This document shows positions 55,596-64,000 of a DNA stretch of 64,000 nucleotides, in pieces. The DNA comes from Candidatus Thorarchaeota archaeon (lineage in GTDB: Archaea; Asgardarchaeota; Thorarchaeia; Thorarchaeales; Thorarchaeaceae), in assembly GCA_038893995.1 (NCBI GenBank), contig JAWAQK010000001.1:32001-96000 (forward strand). The letters run 5' to 3'. The notes below the pieces were generated by a model. It ran no database searches. It worked only from the letters and a program-made list of their open reading frames with translations, and was not told the origin of the DNA. Numbering within the stretch: position 1 is the stretch's first letter; the number at the start of each line of letters is the position of its first letter. The position numbers and the translations under genes are program-made.

Positions 55596-58016
55596 ATGAG
55601 AGGCGGCGACAGTGTCAGGGCGACTATGAAGACAGGACGACTGGGCACGACCATCCCTGTGTTGTTGATCATTCTGTTCATTATGTTTCCATGGATTGTA
55701 GTTACGGATTCTGTGCACACGACCGAACCCGATCGTGAGCCAACATCAGACGCTATCTCAGCGAGAGTACTGATCGACGAGTCTCACTGTGCGAACGGAA
55801 GTAGTCTGTGGACTCCCGGCAACCTATCTCTCTTTGGATGGATACTTCAGCAGAACGGCCATGTAGTGACTACAAATCTTGCCACGAGCCTGGATTCTGG
55901 GATCCTGCAGGACTACGATGTTGTCGTCCTCTTCTATCCTGCAGTCAACCTGACCGCAGGCGAATTTGATGCTATCCGAGCGTTCGTTGAGTCGGGTAGG
56001 GGACTAGTCCTGGTTGGTACCGACAATGAGAATTGGTGGAAGCTCAGGCCAGATTATCTCAACACAATCTCCCGAGGATATGGTATAGAGTTCAACCAGG
56101 ACCGTGTGACTGCCGATGTGACAGATCTTGCTGTGCACCCCATCAACCATCAGGTCTCGGTGCTTCACACGAGAGGGATCCAACTTGATGGGTGTACTCT
56201 CACTCTAAGCGGAGCGGCAGCGTATATTGCAGCAGTCCCTACGGGTCCAGTTGCTGCAGTAACAGAGGCCGGTGCGGGTAAGATCGTTGCAGTGGGTACG
56301 CCCGCACCATTCTACATGTACCGCATGCTCGACCCATCAGCCAGCAGAGCACATTTCCAGTTCGCTCTAAACATAATTGATTGGCTGGCGAGCAATTCAC
56401 CCAGGACCGTCAACGAGCCCGAATATGCCATCATTAGAGTCAAGTCAGGACCGACTCTGAGTGCTGAGGACCTGGAAAGATACAAGCTGTACGTAGGACT
56501 GTATCACGACCACACCACTCATAGTGACGGCGCAAACTCGGCTGCACGCATGCTTGAAGCAGGGCTCGAAAAGGGACTCGACTTCATGATACTGACGGAC
56601 CATTCGCACTTGCAGCCAAACACCATATCCGGGGTGTATGGAGCCATGGAGGCGAGGAGCATCGCCGAGAAGTACGGACTCGACTGTCTTCAAGTCATTG
56701 GAGCTGAACTGTCGTCCGTAAAACACACAGCGGGATTCCCACTGAATGAGAATATCTGGACAAACAACCAGTCGGAGGCAGTCATTCGGATTCACGAACA
56801 GGGCGGAATCGCTATACTCTGCCATCCGACAATGGAATACTCCTACGGCGAGGTCTTCTCGCGAATGAACGAACTCAACTATGACGCATTTGAGGTCGAC
56901 AACAGCGGATACATTTTCGGCTCGGGCGAGGATGCTCTGATCTGGCCATTCATGGGTGCCTGTGACAGTCACTCTGCGTCCCATGTAGGTGACGTGCTGA
57001 ACGCCCTTTTCGTCGAGAACCCCAGCGGACAGGAGGGACAACTGGCAGATGAGGACATCAAGAACGCAGTCCTCACCAGACAACTGGTCGTGCTGGATCA
57101 GCTCAACAAGATCATACTCGGCGACAAGACATGGGTCGACAGACTCGTGGAGATGTGGGACAATGCCAAGAATGACATCACACAGACGGAGAATCTTCTG
57201 ACCCAGATCGAGTCAACAGGACAGAAAGTTACCATGTCCAGATACTACCTCGACTCAGCAAGGACCTCGCTCGAACACATGAGCATCGGACGTGCAGGAC
57301 GTCTACTTGGAAATGCGACATCTGAACTTGTGTTGGGATTGGACATTGGAATTGAAACGATCGAGATTGGCGAGCCTTGGTCCAGCATACCAATAGTGAT
57401 CAGGTTGGCCAACAACCATTCAGCTCCAGTCGTTCTAAATACAACCGTCTATCCGCTGGGTGAGGTGGTGATTGACCCTATCAACCAGATCATCAATGCC
57501 TCTGCCAAGTCTGTGACAACTGAGACAAGGACCATGCAAACCGGAAACTATGGCTATCTGAATTTCTGGCTCAATGTCATGAGCCTGTCTGATGAATATA
57601 CTCTCATTCCTATCTTCATCTCAAGTCGGGGTCTTATCGATCATGTGACACACACAATAACACCTGTAGGTGACAGCTTTCAGGTCGAGTTTCAATTCTG
57701 GATAGGGAGGCAGAACACCAAGACAGTCATCGATGCGTCTCTATTCTACGACACGGGATCGGGCTGGACGATGGCCAAAATGGAAGAGTCCTGGAACTAC
57801 TTCTTTGCCCGAGTTGGTCAACTGCAGGCAGGCATGAAGATTCGTTATCGTGTCGTCGTGGTCACTGAGAGTGGTGTATTCACCCTCCGTGAGAGGTTGG
57901 CAGAGATACCTGGCACAAGTCCAGACCTGGGCATCATAGGGCTAGTCGTTGCCGTGGGAGCGCTTGGGCTGGTCACTGTGCTTGGCGTCTGGCGCATGAG
58001 GATCCGTCGAAACTGA
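55596..58016 (+). CDS. Membrane-anchored surface metallohydrolase: DUF4350/GIFT-like + PHP (CehA/McbA-like) domain
   Basis: RVLIDESH; YHDHTTHSDG, ILTDH, GAELS, LCHP, ACDSH; N- and C-terminal hydrophobic helices. Confidence 0.8.
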   Translation: MRGGDSVRATMKTGRLGTTIPVLLIILFIMFPWIVVTDSVHTTEPDREPTSDAISARVLIDESHCANGSSLWTPGNLSLFGWILQQNGHVVTTNLATSLDSGILQDYDVVVLFYPAVNLTAGEFDAIRAFVESGRGLVLVGTDNENWWKLRPDYLNTISRGYGIEFNQDRVTADVTDLAVHPINHQVSVLHTRGIQLDGCTLTLSGAAAYIAAVPTGPVAAVTEAGAGKIVAVGTPAPFYMYRMLDPSASRAHFQFALNIIDWLASNSPRTVNEPEYAIIRVKSGPTLSAEDLERYKLYVGLYHDHTTHSDGANSAARMLEAGLEKGLDFMILTDHSHLQPNTISGVYGAMEARSIAEKYGLDCLQVIGAELSSVKHTAGFPLNENIWTNNQSEAVIRIHEQGGIAILCHPTMEYSYGEVFSRMNELNYDAFEVDNSGYIFGSGEDALIWPFMGACDSHSASHVGDVLNALFVENPSGQEGQLADEDIKNAVLTRQLVVLDQLNKIILGDKTWVDRLVEMWDNAKNDITQTENLLTQIESTGQKVTMSRYYLDSARTSLEHMSIGRAGRLLGNATSELVLGLDIGIETIEIGEPWSSIPIVIRLANNHSAPVVLNTTVYPLGEVVIDPINQIINASAKSVTTETRTMQTGNYGYLNFWLNVMSLSDEYTLIPIFISSRGLIDHVTHTITPVGDSFQVEFQFWIGRQNTKTVIDASLFYDTGSGWTMAKMEESWNYFFARVGQLQAGMKIRYRVVVVTESGVFTLRERLAEIPGTSPDLGIIGLVVAVGALGLVTVLGVWRMRIRRN

Positions 58017-58341
58017 TTGACCCAGTGATGTGGCCGCGTACATTACTGCGAGCAGTACAATAGTTTCCCGGGTGGACCGACTGTCACGTGTCGGTCTGGG
58101 ATCAAAGCCAATTGACTGCTTATGCATCCTTGAAACCGGTGACGGACATAGACACTAGGACTGCGAACATTTGACCGGGTCTGTGTCTAGTAGTCATCGG
58201 CTAGAACTCGAGAAGTTCTATCTGCCCAAAGTAGCTCGCAAGCTCCATCTCTGGTCCTTCACATAATTTAATATTCATTGATGAGTATTGTACATAAGAT
58301 AGGGATAGAACTTACATCGGACTGAGTGAGAGGAACTGGAG

Positions 58342-58914
58342 ATGCACGACCTCGAACGGGACGTAATAACAGCCTTCGGTCATGCAGTTGTTGAGTTCGA
58401 GGCCGCCCTGTATCAGAAGTTCATCATGATGTCTAGCGGTCATTCGTTGATAACCGTGGAGGAGTTCAGGAAGATCCTGCAGGAGATGTACGCCAAGGGC
58501 TACATCAGTCCGTTAGATCTTCTGGGGAAGAAGGCATGGAAGAAGCTCGTGATCGAGGACAGGATCGATGACGCACTGGTGCCACGAAGAATGATGATGA
58601 GTGGCGAGACACCCCCAGAGAGGATGGTCAAGACAAAGGGTCGTGTCGTCACTGAGTCCAGATGGGTTGCAGATCAGATAATGGAGGCCCTATCACGTAG
58701 CAGGTTCACAAGTAAGTCGCCTGAGAAGCGCATGGTCGAACTGCAGAAACATCTCTTAGAGATGAGGAAGGCACTCACGGTATCACAGAATGAGTTCATG
58801 AGCTATGTCGACAGGCACTTCCCCGATGTCAAGGAAGATCTGGCCAACCTGTTGAGGTCAAGAGGGGACCAGATGCTACTCCTTGGCATTAGGGTCCTGG
58901 AGGCTGTCGCATGA
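58342..58914 (+). CDS. Hypothetical protein (possible N-terminal winged helix)
   Basis: GAGG SD, AT-rich promoter at ~58264-58275; FRKILQEMYAKGYIS..KKAW resembles a wHTH. Confidence 0.6.
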   Translation: MHDLERDVITAFGHAVVEFEAALYQKFIMMSSGHSLITVEEFRKILQEMYAKGYISPLDLLGKKAWKKLVIEDRIDDALVPRRMMMSGETPPERMVKTKGRVVTESRWVADQIMEALSRSRFTSKSPEKRMVELQKHLLEMRKALTVSQNEFMSYVDRHFPDVKEDLANLLRSRGDQMLLLGIRVLEAVA

Positions 58915-58923
58915 GAGGCTGAA

Positions 58924-60045
58924 CTAGTAATCTCTCTTGACCAGGAATTCAGAGAAGTCCAACAGGAACTTACTGTATTTCTCGACGAGAGGTGGTAGTG
59001 CTTTTCCAAGACTCCTCTGACCCTCGTTGAGGAGCTCGAGCATAAGGCGCCTGGAGGCCTCAAGCGCACCGGAGTCTACGAAGACCTTCCGCACCTGATC
59101 AACCTCTTCGGGGGTCATGTCTCTCTTCCCCAGTAGCTCACGGAGAATACGTCTGTGTTCCGAACTGCCCATCTCGTTTGTCTTGACCACCAGGATCGTC
59201 TTCTTACCCTCTCGTATGTCCCCATCAGCGGACTTGCCTGTCACCTTCTCATCGCCGAAAGATCCAAGTATGTCATCCTGAATCTGGAAGGCCTGACCCA
59301 CCCGTGTTGCATAGACACTCAGCGATGACTTCTGGGACTCACTGGCACCAGCAATCGTGGCGCCCATCAAAAGTGACTTCTCGATAAGCGCAGCAGTCTT
59401 CATTCGAATCATATCGAGGTAGGACGCAGTACTTGTCTCGGTATCGTGGACCATCACCATCTCAAGGAGTACTCCATCGACAAGCTCGTGGTATGCGGCC
59501 TGGTAATGACGCATGCACTCGACGCATGTCGTGGGATCTAGTCCAGAGCTCGCAATCAACTCGGCACCCATGTTCAGTACTGAGTCGCCACTGAGTATGG
59601 CCATAGCGGCTCCAAATTCTGCAGCCCGGTCGGGGGCTGCACCTCGTGTCTTGGCCGCCCAGTCACGGTAGAGAGCGTGGACAGTGGGACCACCCCTACG
59701 CGTTTCATCACGGTCGATCAGATCATCGTGAAGAAGCGAACCGTTGTGGAGGAACTCCACTGCGCATGACACCCTATAGAGATTGGCGGGCGCGGGCTGG
59801 TCTGAAATGGCCTTGTAACCTATCACGGTCAAGAGTGGTCGCAGACGCTTTCCCCCACGCATCATATAGTCGCGGATGTTCGTGTAGAACTGGTGGAACA
59901 GAGGTCCCATCTTCTCGCTGCCGACGAGTATTGATGCAAAGTGCTCGGACAATGCTGCGCTAACACGCTGGAGTTCGGTGGTCATTATCTGTTCGTATTC
60001 TGACAGGTGTCTCAGCCCCTTGACGACGGGAGCGAAAGACCTCAC
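58924..60045 (-). CDS. Polyprenyl (GGPP) diphosphate synthase
   Basis: GGKRLRP, HDDLIDRDETRRG, MKTA, FQIQDDILG, DIREGKKT; start uncertain. Confidence 0.93.
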   Translation of the reverse strand: MRSFAPVVKGLRHLSEYEQIMTTELQRVSAALSEHFASILVGSEKMGPLFHQFYTNIRDYMMRGGKRLRPLLTVIGYKAISDQPAPANLYRVSCAVEFLHNGSLLHDDLIDRDETRRGGPTVHALYRDWAAKTRGAAPDRAAEFGAAMAILSGDSVLNMGAELIASSGLDPTTCVECMRHYQAAYHELVDGVLLEMVMVHDTETSTASYLDMIRMKTAALIEKSLLMGATIAGASESQKSSLSVYATRVGQAFQIQDDILGSFGDEKVTGKSADGDIREGKKTILVVKTNEMGSSEHRRILRELLGKRDMTPEEVDQVRKVFVDSGALEASRRLMLELLNEGQRSLGKALPPLVEKYSKFLLDFSEFLVKRDY

Positions 60046-60552
60046 CTATTTTAGCGTTACTGATTGTGTCGAGTCTCAGTTCTTCAATCAACGATAGGGC
60101 AAGAAGAGTTGGACACTGACACGGGTCTATTGTGGCTCGACTAGATGATGTAGGACACTGCAATTGTTCCGTGTGGCTACAGAGTTGCTACGATCACTCG
60201 GTACGGACAATCTATGGATGTCCCACCCGACATGCCCGACGCTCGGACACTGGGACCTCGACGCATTGAATCCATTGTCGTAAGGCGCATAGTAGATCTA
60301 GGAATCCCACACATTCGACGTGTAGTTTAAGCCTGGTTTAACCCAGACCGTGAGGTCAGGATCGTATCCTCTGGGGTATCGCCCAATGGGATGGCCGGCA
60401 CTACCAGACCCGGGTTGTAGACATGCTTTTGACGAATATGCAATCCACCTGAACCCCAGGCCTGGTCCCTCATTGCTGACGGGCCTCAACGGGCGCGTGC
60501 TATCACGATCAAGTCTGTCATGGGCATCGAGCGTATAGTTCTGTGAGCACAC

Positions 60553-61473
60553 TCAGATCAGGAGGGTGCCTCTCATGACAGTCACTCCCTTTCCACTCAC
60601 CTTGACGTGTCTGATCTCGTTCTGGTCACCGTCAACCTCAACGAAGATCTTACCGGGTCTGCCAAGTATATGCCCCTGCTCAATGACAATACTCGTGACA
60701 GGCTGCGAAGGAGCAATGATGCCATACTTGATCAGGTAGCCGGCCATGCTTCCTGCAGCCGAGCCTGTCACAGGGTCCTCTTCAATTCCAAGCAGTGGGG
60801 CAAAGTGCCTGACATGAACATCTGATGTGGGATCCAACGTTTCTCTTGTGAAGACCTGTATAGACAGCCAATCGGAGTCACTCTGAAGTTGGTTGAGCAG
60901 TTCAGGATTGGGCTGGATGCGTCGGAGAGCACGGAGACTGGACACCGGTACCATCAGCTGAGGAACACCGGTACTTACGGTCTGGATAGGAAAGGGGGAC
61001 ATGATATCGGCCAGTGACAGTCCCAGAGCCATGGCATACTCGTGTGGGTCATATGTCTTCATGAAGGTGGGACGTTCGTGAGTTATCTGGACCTCGTGAA
61101 GTCCAGTCACCCGATCGTGTACGACCTCGATCTGGAGCACACCGGCTCTAGTTTCCAGGCTATGGACTGAAACGTCTCTCGATGTGTCGATCAGTCCCTG
61201 ATCAATGAGGGCTACGAAGCCCGCCACGGTTAGATGTCCTGAGAATGGCATCTCTCCTCCCCGGGTCATGTAACGAAACAGCCAGTTTGCCGATGCAGAC
61301 TTTCCAATGAACACGGTCTGGCCAGGACCGATCTCATCCACGATCTTCATCATCTGGTCGTCATTCAGATCGGTACTGAACACCACAAGTGCGGGATTGC
61401 CGCCAAACGGGATATCGGTAAAGGCATCTACCTGGAAGACACCGATTTCGCTTCTACGATGCGCCATGCTCAA
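60553..61473 (-). CDS. PhzF-family isomerase/epimerase
   Basis: QVDAFT..FGGNPA, EMPFSGH, STG, EDPVTGSA, IEQG, GRPG. Confidence 0.92.
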   Translation of the reverse strand: MSMAHRRSEIGVFQVDAFTDIPFGGNPALVVFSTDLNDDQMMKIVDEIGPGQTVFIGKSASANWLFRYMTRGGEMPFSGHLTVAGFVALIDQGLIDTSRDVSVHSLETRAGVLQIEVVHDRVTGLHEVQITHERPTFMKTYDPHEYAMALGLSLADIMSPFPIQTVSTGVPQLMVPVSSLRALRRIQPNPELLNQLQSDSDWLSIQVFTRETLDPTSDVHVRHFAPLLGIEEDPVTGSAAGSMAGYLIKYGIIAPSQPVTSIVIEQGHILGRPGKIFVEVDGDQNEIRHVKVSGKGVTVMRGTLLI

Positions 61474-61486
61474 CTACACAAATCAC

Positions 61487-61663
61487 ACACCTGCTAATTA
61501 ACCCTGTTCAGGTGTTCGACTTGTGAGACCAGGTGGTTGAGAATGAGGTGGCAGGCACATGGGACATCGTGGTAGGAGGGGGAGTTTCATAGTTGAGGGC
61601 ATACAACTAAAAACAACCCATGTACCTGCCATTGCTAAGTGATTGCACCAGGGTTGTGTCTCG
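61487..61663 (-). other. Candidate structured RNA / 5' leader upstream of phzF
   Basis: 15-bp stem 61549-61563/61617-61631, inner 6-bp stem, separate 7-bp stem 61487-61493/61509-61515. Confidence 0.4.
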
Positions 61664-61915
61664 CGCTACCACTGTACCATAGACAGAAGTCCTCGCCCTA
61701 TTTAATATTTCTATTATGCGATGACTAAACGAGTGTTTAGTCCGTGTGACAGTTCCGGTACTTCGTAGTTTAAGATGCATGAATCAATATCGCAGAAACG
61801 TATTGCAGGTAGAAGACGAACAGTGGCAAGGCCAGCCAGGGAATGTGCACCCGGCCAGCCCGACACACCGCTAGCATGCTCCTCGGAACTAGGGCGGACT
61901 TGCCACCTCAGCGGA

Positions 61916-63559
61916 CTAGACATGGAACGGCCGAGATATGCTCTCTTCCTCAACGGCGTCAGGTCTATGGCCCTCTCTCCACTGATCCAGAGTCACGGAG
62001 TACTTTCTCTCTAGCCTGGACCGGTGAATGGTATTCATGGTGCAGAAGGGTACGATTCGGCCGTCGGGAGTAGCATAGTTCACGTCACAGTGTTGCACAC
62101 GTTCGAGGTCGAGGTTGAAAGGATCCTGAAAGTGCATTATGCCGATCATGATGACACGACGCATGAACTTCGCCAACGATTCGTAGTCACCCCGGTTGAG
62201 GAAGGCGACCAGCAAGTCCTTTAGGACGCCCTTCTTCTTGATGAAACGGACACTGCCCAGCATCTTCGCCTTCGCACGGGCACTTGCACCCCGTTTCTCG
62301 TTGGCATAGAGATCAGAGATCTCCGAAAGCACCTCAAGGAACTTATCCACGTCGATCATGTCCGTGATGGGACGATAGCTGCCGTCCTCGTCAATGTATA
62401 TGAACGTGGACATCCCACATGCAAAGTGTGAGCTGAGTTCTAGCTGAGGACTGCCCTTCATGAAACCCAGGGCCCTCCCAACGGGCAACATGGCTGGCAC
62501 TGGATACCACACCGTTGCAGGGATGAGACCATTGGTCTGCTCTTCGATGAGGTGTATGACATCGGGAACAGTGATCCTCATCTTCATCCGTGCGCTATAG
62601 TCAATCCTACCAGTGATGCTGACTGGCTGGAAGTTCACACAACGCACCACATCCCTGTTCTGTACTGCGAACTCAACTATCTTGCCAAGTTGGTCATCAT
62701 TCACGCCCCTAACAACAGTGGGAACTAGCACGAGAGACTCCATACCTATCTCTCGAGCATTCTGGATTGCCTGTTTCTTCACATCGAGCAGGTTCATCCC
62801 TCGGGCGGCAATGTAGGGTTCGGGCGTGACTCCATCAAACTGCATGTAGACTGTCGACAGTCCGGCGTCTCTGAGCTCCTGGAGATACTCCTTGCTCTTC
62901 CCAATCCGAATCCCGTTACTGGCGATCTCCACGTGCCTGAAACCAAGCTGCTTTGCCCATCGTATGTACTGAGGCAGATGCTTACTGACTGTGGGCTCAC
63001 CACCTGCGAACTGGATGGCTGGGGCGGGCACCGGAAGGTTTCTCCTCAGATTTCGCATCATTTCCAGGACCTCTTCGGGTTTGGGCTCGTAGACTGTGCC
63101 GCCCTCTGCTGCAACCGCGAAACAGATTGGACATCTCAGGTTGCAGCGGTTCGTGACGTCCAGGAGTGCAAGCGCAGTGTGGGACTTGTGCTGTGGGCAC
63201 TGTCCGCAGTCCTCGGGGCAACCTGCTACAGTTTGGGTCCTGGGATTGTCCAACCCTACTGATCTGTACCACCGGCTCATGGCTCTCCTGAACATATCTG
63301 CGTCGCCCCAGTATATATCGACGAACTCGCCGTGCTTCTCGCATGTCTTCTTGTACATGACCTTCCCGTCTTCTTCATACAGCGTGGCATCGATGACATG
63401 CACCTTGTCCTCTCCCAAGAAGCACTCTGGACAGATTGACTTCGTGGTGTATGGGAGGGACCTCATAGGATACTTCTCGATCCGATACCTTGACAGACTG
63501 CCTCCATCGGCATGGGTCACCGGTTTCTCTGGAATAGGAGTCACATCTCCAGATGTCAT
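61916..63559 (-). CDS. tes: Tetraether lipid synthase Tes / GDGT-MAS (radical SAM, MJ0619 family)
   Basis: SICPEC..KTCEKHG N-terminal metal site, CPEDCGQCPQH, CNLRCPICFA, NFQPVS, HFQD, CDVNYATPDGRIVPFCTMN. Confidence 0.85.
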   Translation of the reverse strand: MTSGDVTPIPEKPVTHADGGSLSRYRIEKYPMRSLPYTTKSICPECFLGEDKVHVIDATLYEEDGKVMYKKTCEKHGEFVDIYWGDADMFRRAMSRWYRSVGLDNPRTQTVAGCPEDCGQCPQHKSHTALALLDVTNRCNLRCPICFAVAAEGGTVYEPKPEEVLEMMRNLRRNLPVPAPAIQFAGGEPTVSKHLPQYIRWAKQLGFRHVEIASNGIRIGKSKEYLQELRDAGLSTVYMQFDGVTPEPYIAARGMNLLDVKKQAIQNAREIGMESLVLVPTVVRGVNDDQLGKIVEFAVQNRDVVRCVNFQPVSITGRIDYSARMKMRITVPDVIHLIEEQTNGLIPATVWYPVPAMLPVGRALGFMKGSPQLELSSHFACGMSTFIYIDEDGSYRPITDMIDVDKFLEVLSEISDLYANEKRGASARAKAKMLGSVRFIKKKGVLKDLLVAFLNRGDYESLAKFMRRVIMIGIMHFQDPFNLDLERVQHCDVNYATPDGRIVPFCTMNTIHRSRLERKYSVTLDQWREGHRPDAVEEESISRPFHV

Positions 63560-63676
63560 ATCATTCACCCAGACAACTATTTTACCACTAGACAGGGTGG
63601 TATTGTAGCAACACGGCAATAGGGCCGGATATAATCTTTGTCCGACGAATCAGAGTATGAATAGATAGTCCGGTAG

Positions 63677-64000
63677 TCAGATGGACATGACGAGACCCTG
63701 GTCAAAACCACCACGAGACTTACGTTTCTGTTCACGGATCTGGTCAATCTCTGCAGGAGAGACACCCCGAATGTCAAGAAGACGTGAAACAGCCTCTAGT
63801 AGGTCAGCGATCTCCTCAATGTCGCCTGACTGCTCGAGTTCATATGCCTCCTCCACTATCTTCCGTCGGAGCATGAGGTCGAGCTCGACACCCGTCACGA
63901 TACGTACTCTCACGGAACAGCCCCTGCTCCGCATGATATCAGGGACTCTATCACGGACCAGTTTTTCAGCGGGCTGCAAGATACCGGGCCCATTGCCCAT
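63677..64000 (-). CDS. All-alpha NTP pyrophosphohydrolase (MazG-like house-cleaning)
   Basis: KLVRDRVP, KIVEEAYE, EEIADLLEA, RGGF; start at or near the window edge. Confidence 0.85.
   Translation of the reverse strand: MGNGPGILQPAEKLVRDRVPDIMRSRGCSVRVRIVTGVELDLMLRRKIVEEAYELEQSGDIEEIADLLEAVSRLLDIRGVSPAEIDQIREQKRKSRGGFDQGLVMSI

Noticed and set aside
60046-60552. 500-nt gap as SRP or RNase P RNA, or ORFs 60298-60552 / 60350-60538
   Set aside because: No SRP helix-8 or RNase P P4 consensus recognised; the ORFs lack motifs and a clear SD
1-64000. tRNA, rRNA, CRISPR arrays, IS elements or prophage genes
   Set aside because: No cloverleaf/T-loop context, regularly spaced repeats, transposase or integrase ORFs seen by eye; weak cases could be missed
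1-64000. Selenocysteine/pyrrolysine read-through in redox and methyltransferase genes
   Set aside because: Trx, TusA, DsrE, IscU, Mtr and radical SAM ORFs appear full length with Cys at the expected sites; no convincing SECIS found

Overview
64-kb gene-dense archaeal window, most likely from an Asgard archaeon (Thorarchaeia-like). This is inferred from two Rab-like small GTPases, a roadblock protein, a WD40 protein, a diphthamide-less EF-2 paralogue, proteasome alpha, TFB, archaeosine TGT, tetraether synthase and F420/H4MPT genes. I saw no rRNA, tRNA, CRISPR array or mobile element. Main loci: (i) larE-tusA-dsrE-iscS-iscU sulfur/Fe-S cluster, where IscS lacks the PLP lysine and IscU is fused to a degenerate thioredoxin-reductase domain; (ii) lipS2-lipS1-lpl(AB)+DUF116-lipT-like lipoate assembly operon; (iii) class III RNR with its own thioredoxin, divergent from thyA; (iv) a signalling-type cluster: roadblock, Trx/KaiB-like, two single-domain KaiC ATPases, TPR, two Rab-like GTPases and WD40; (v) arCOG07300-PolB2; (vi) a soluble mtrH-mtrA-mtrH-marker14 methyltransferase cassette with no membrane Mtr subunits; (vii) an ABC importer divergent from two surface proteins; (viii) GGPP synthase, PhzF with a long structured leader, and Tes. 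The best candidates for undescribed systems are (vi), (iv) and (i). All family calls come from motifs I recognised by eye; no searches were run.
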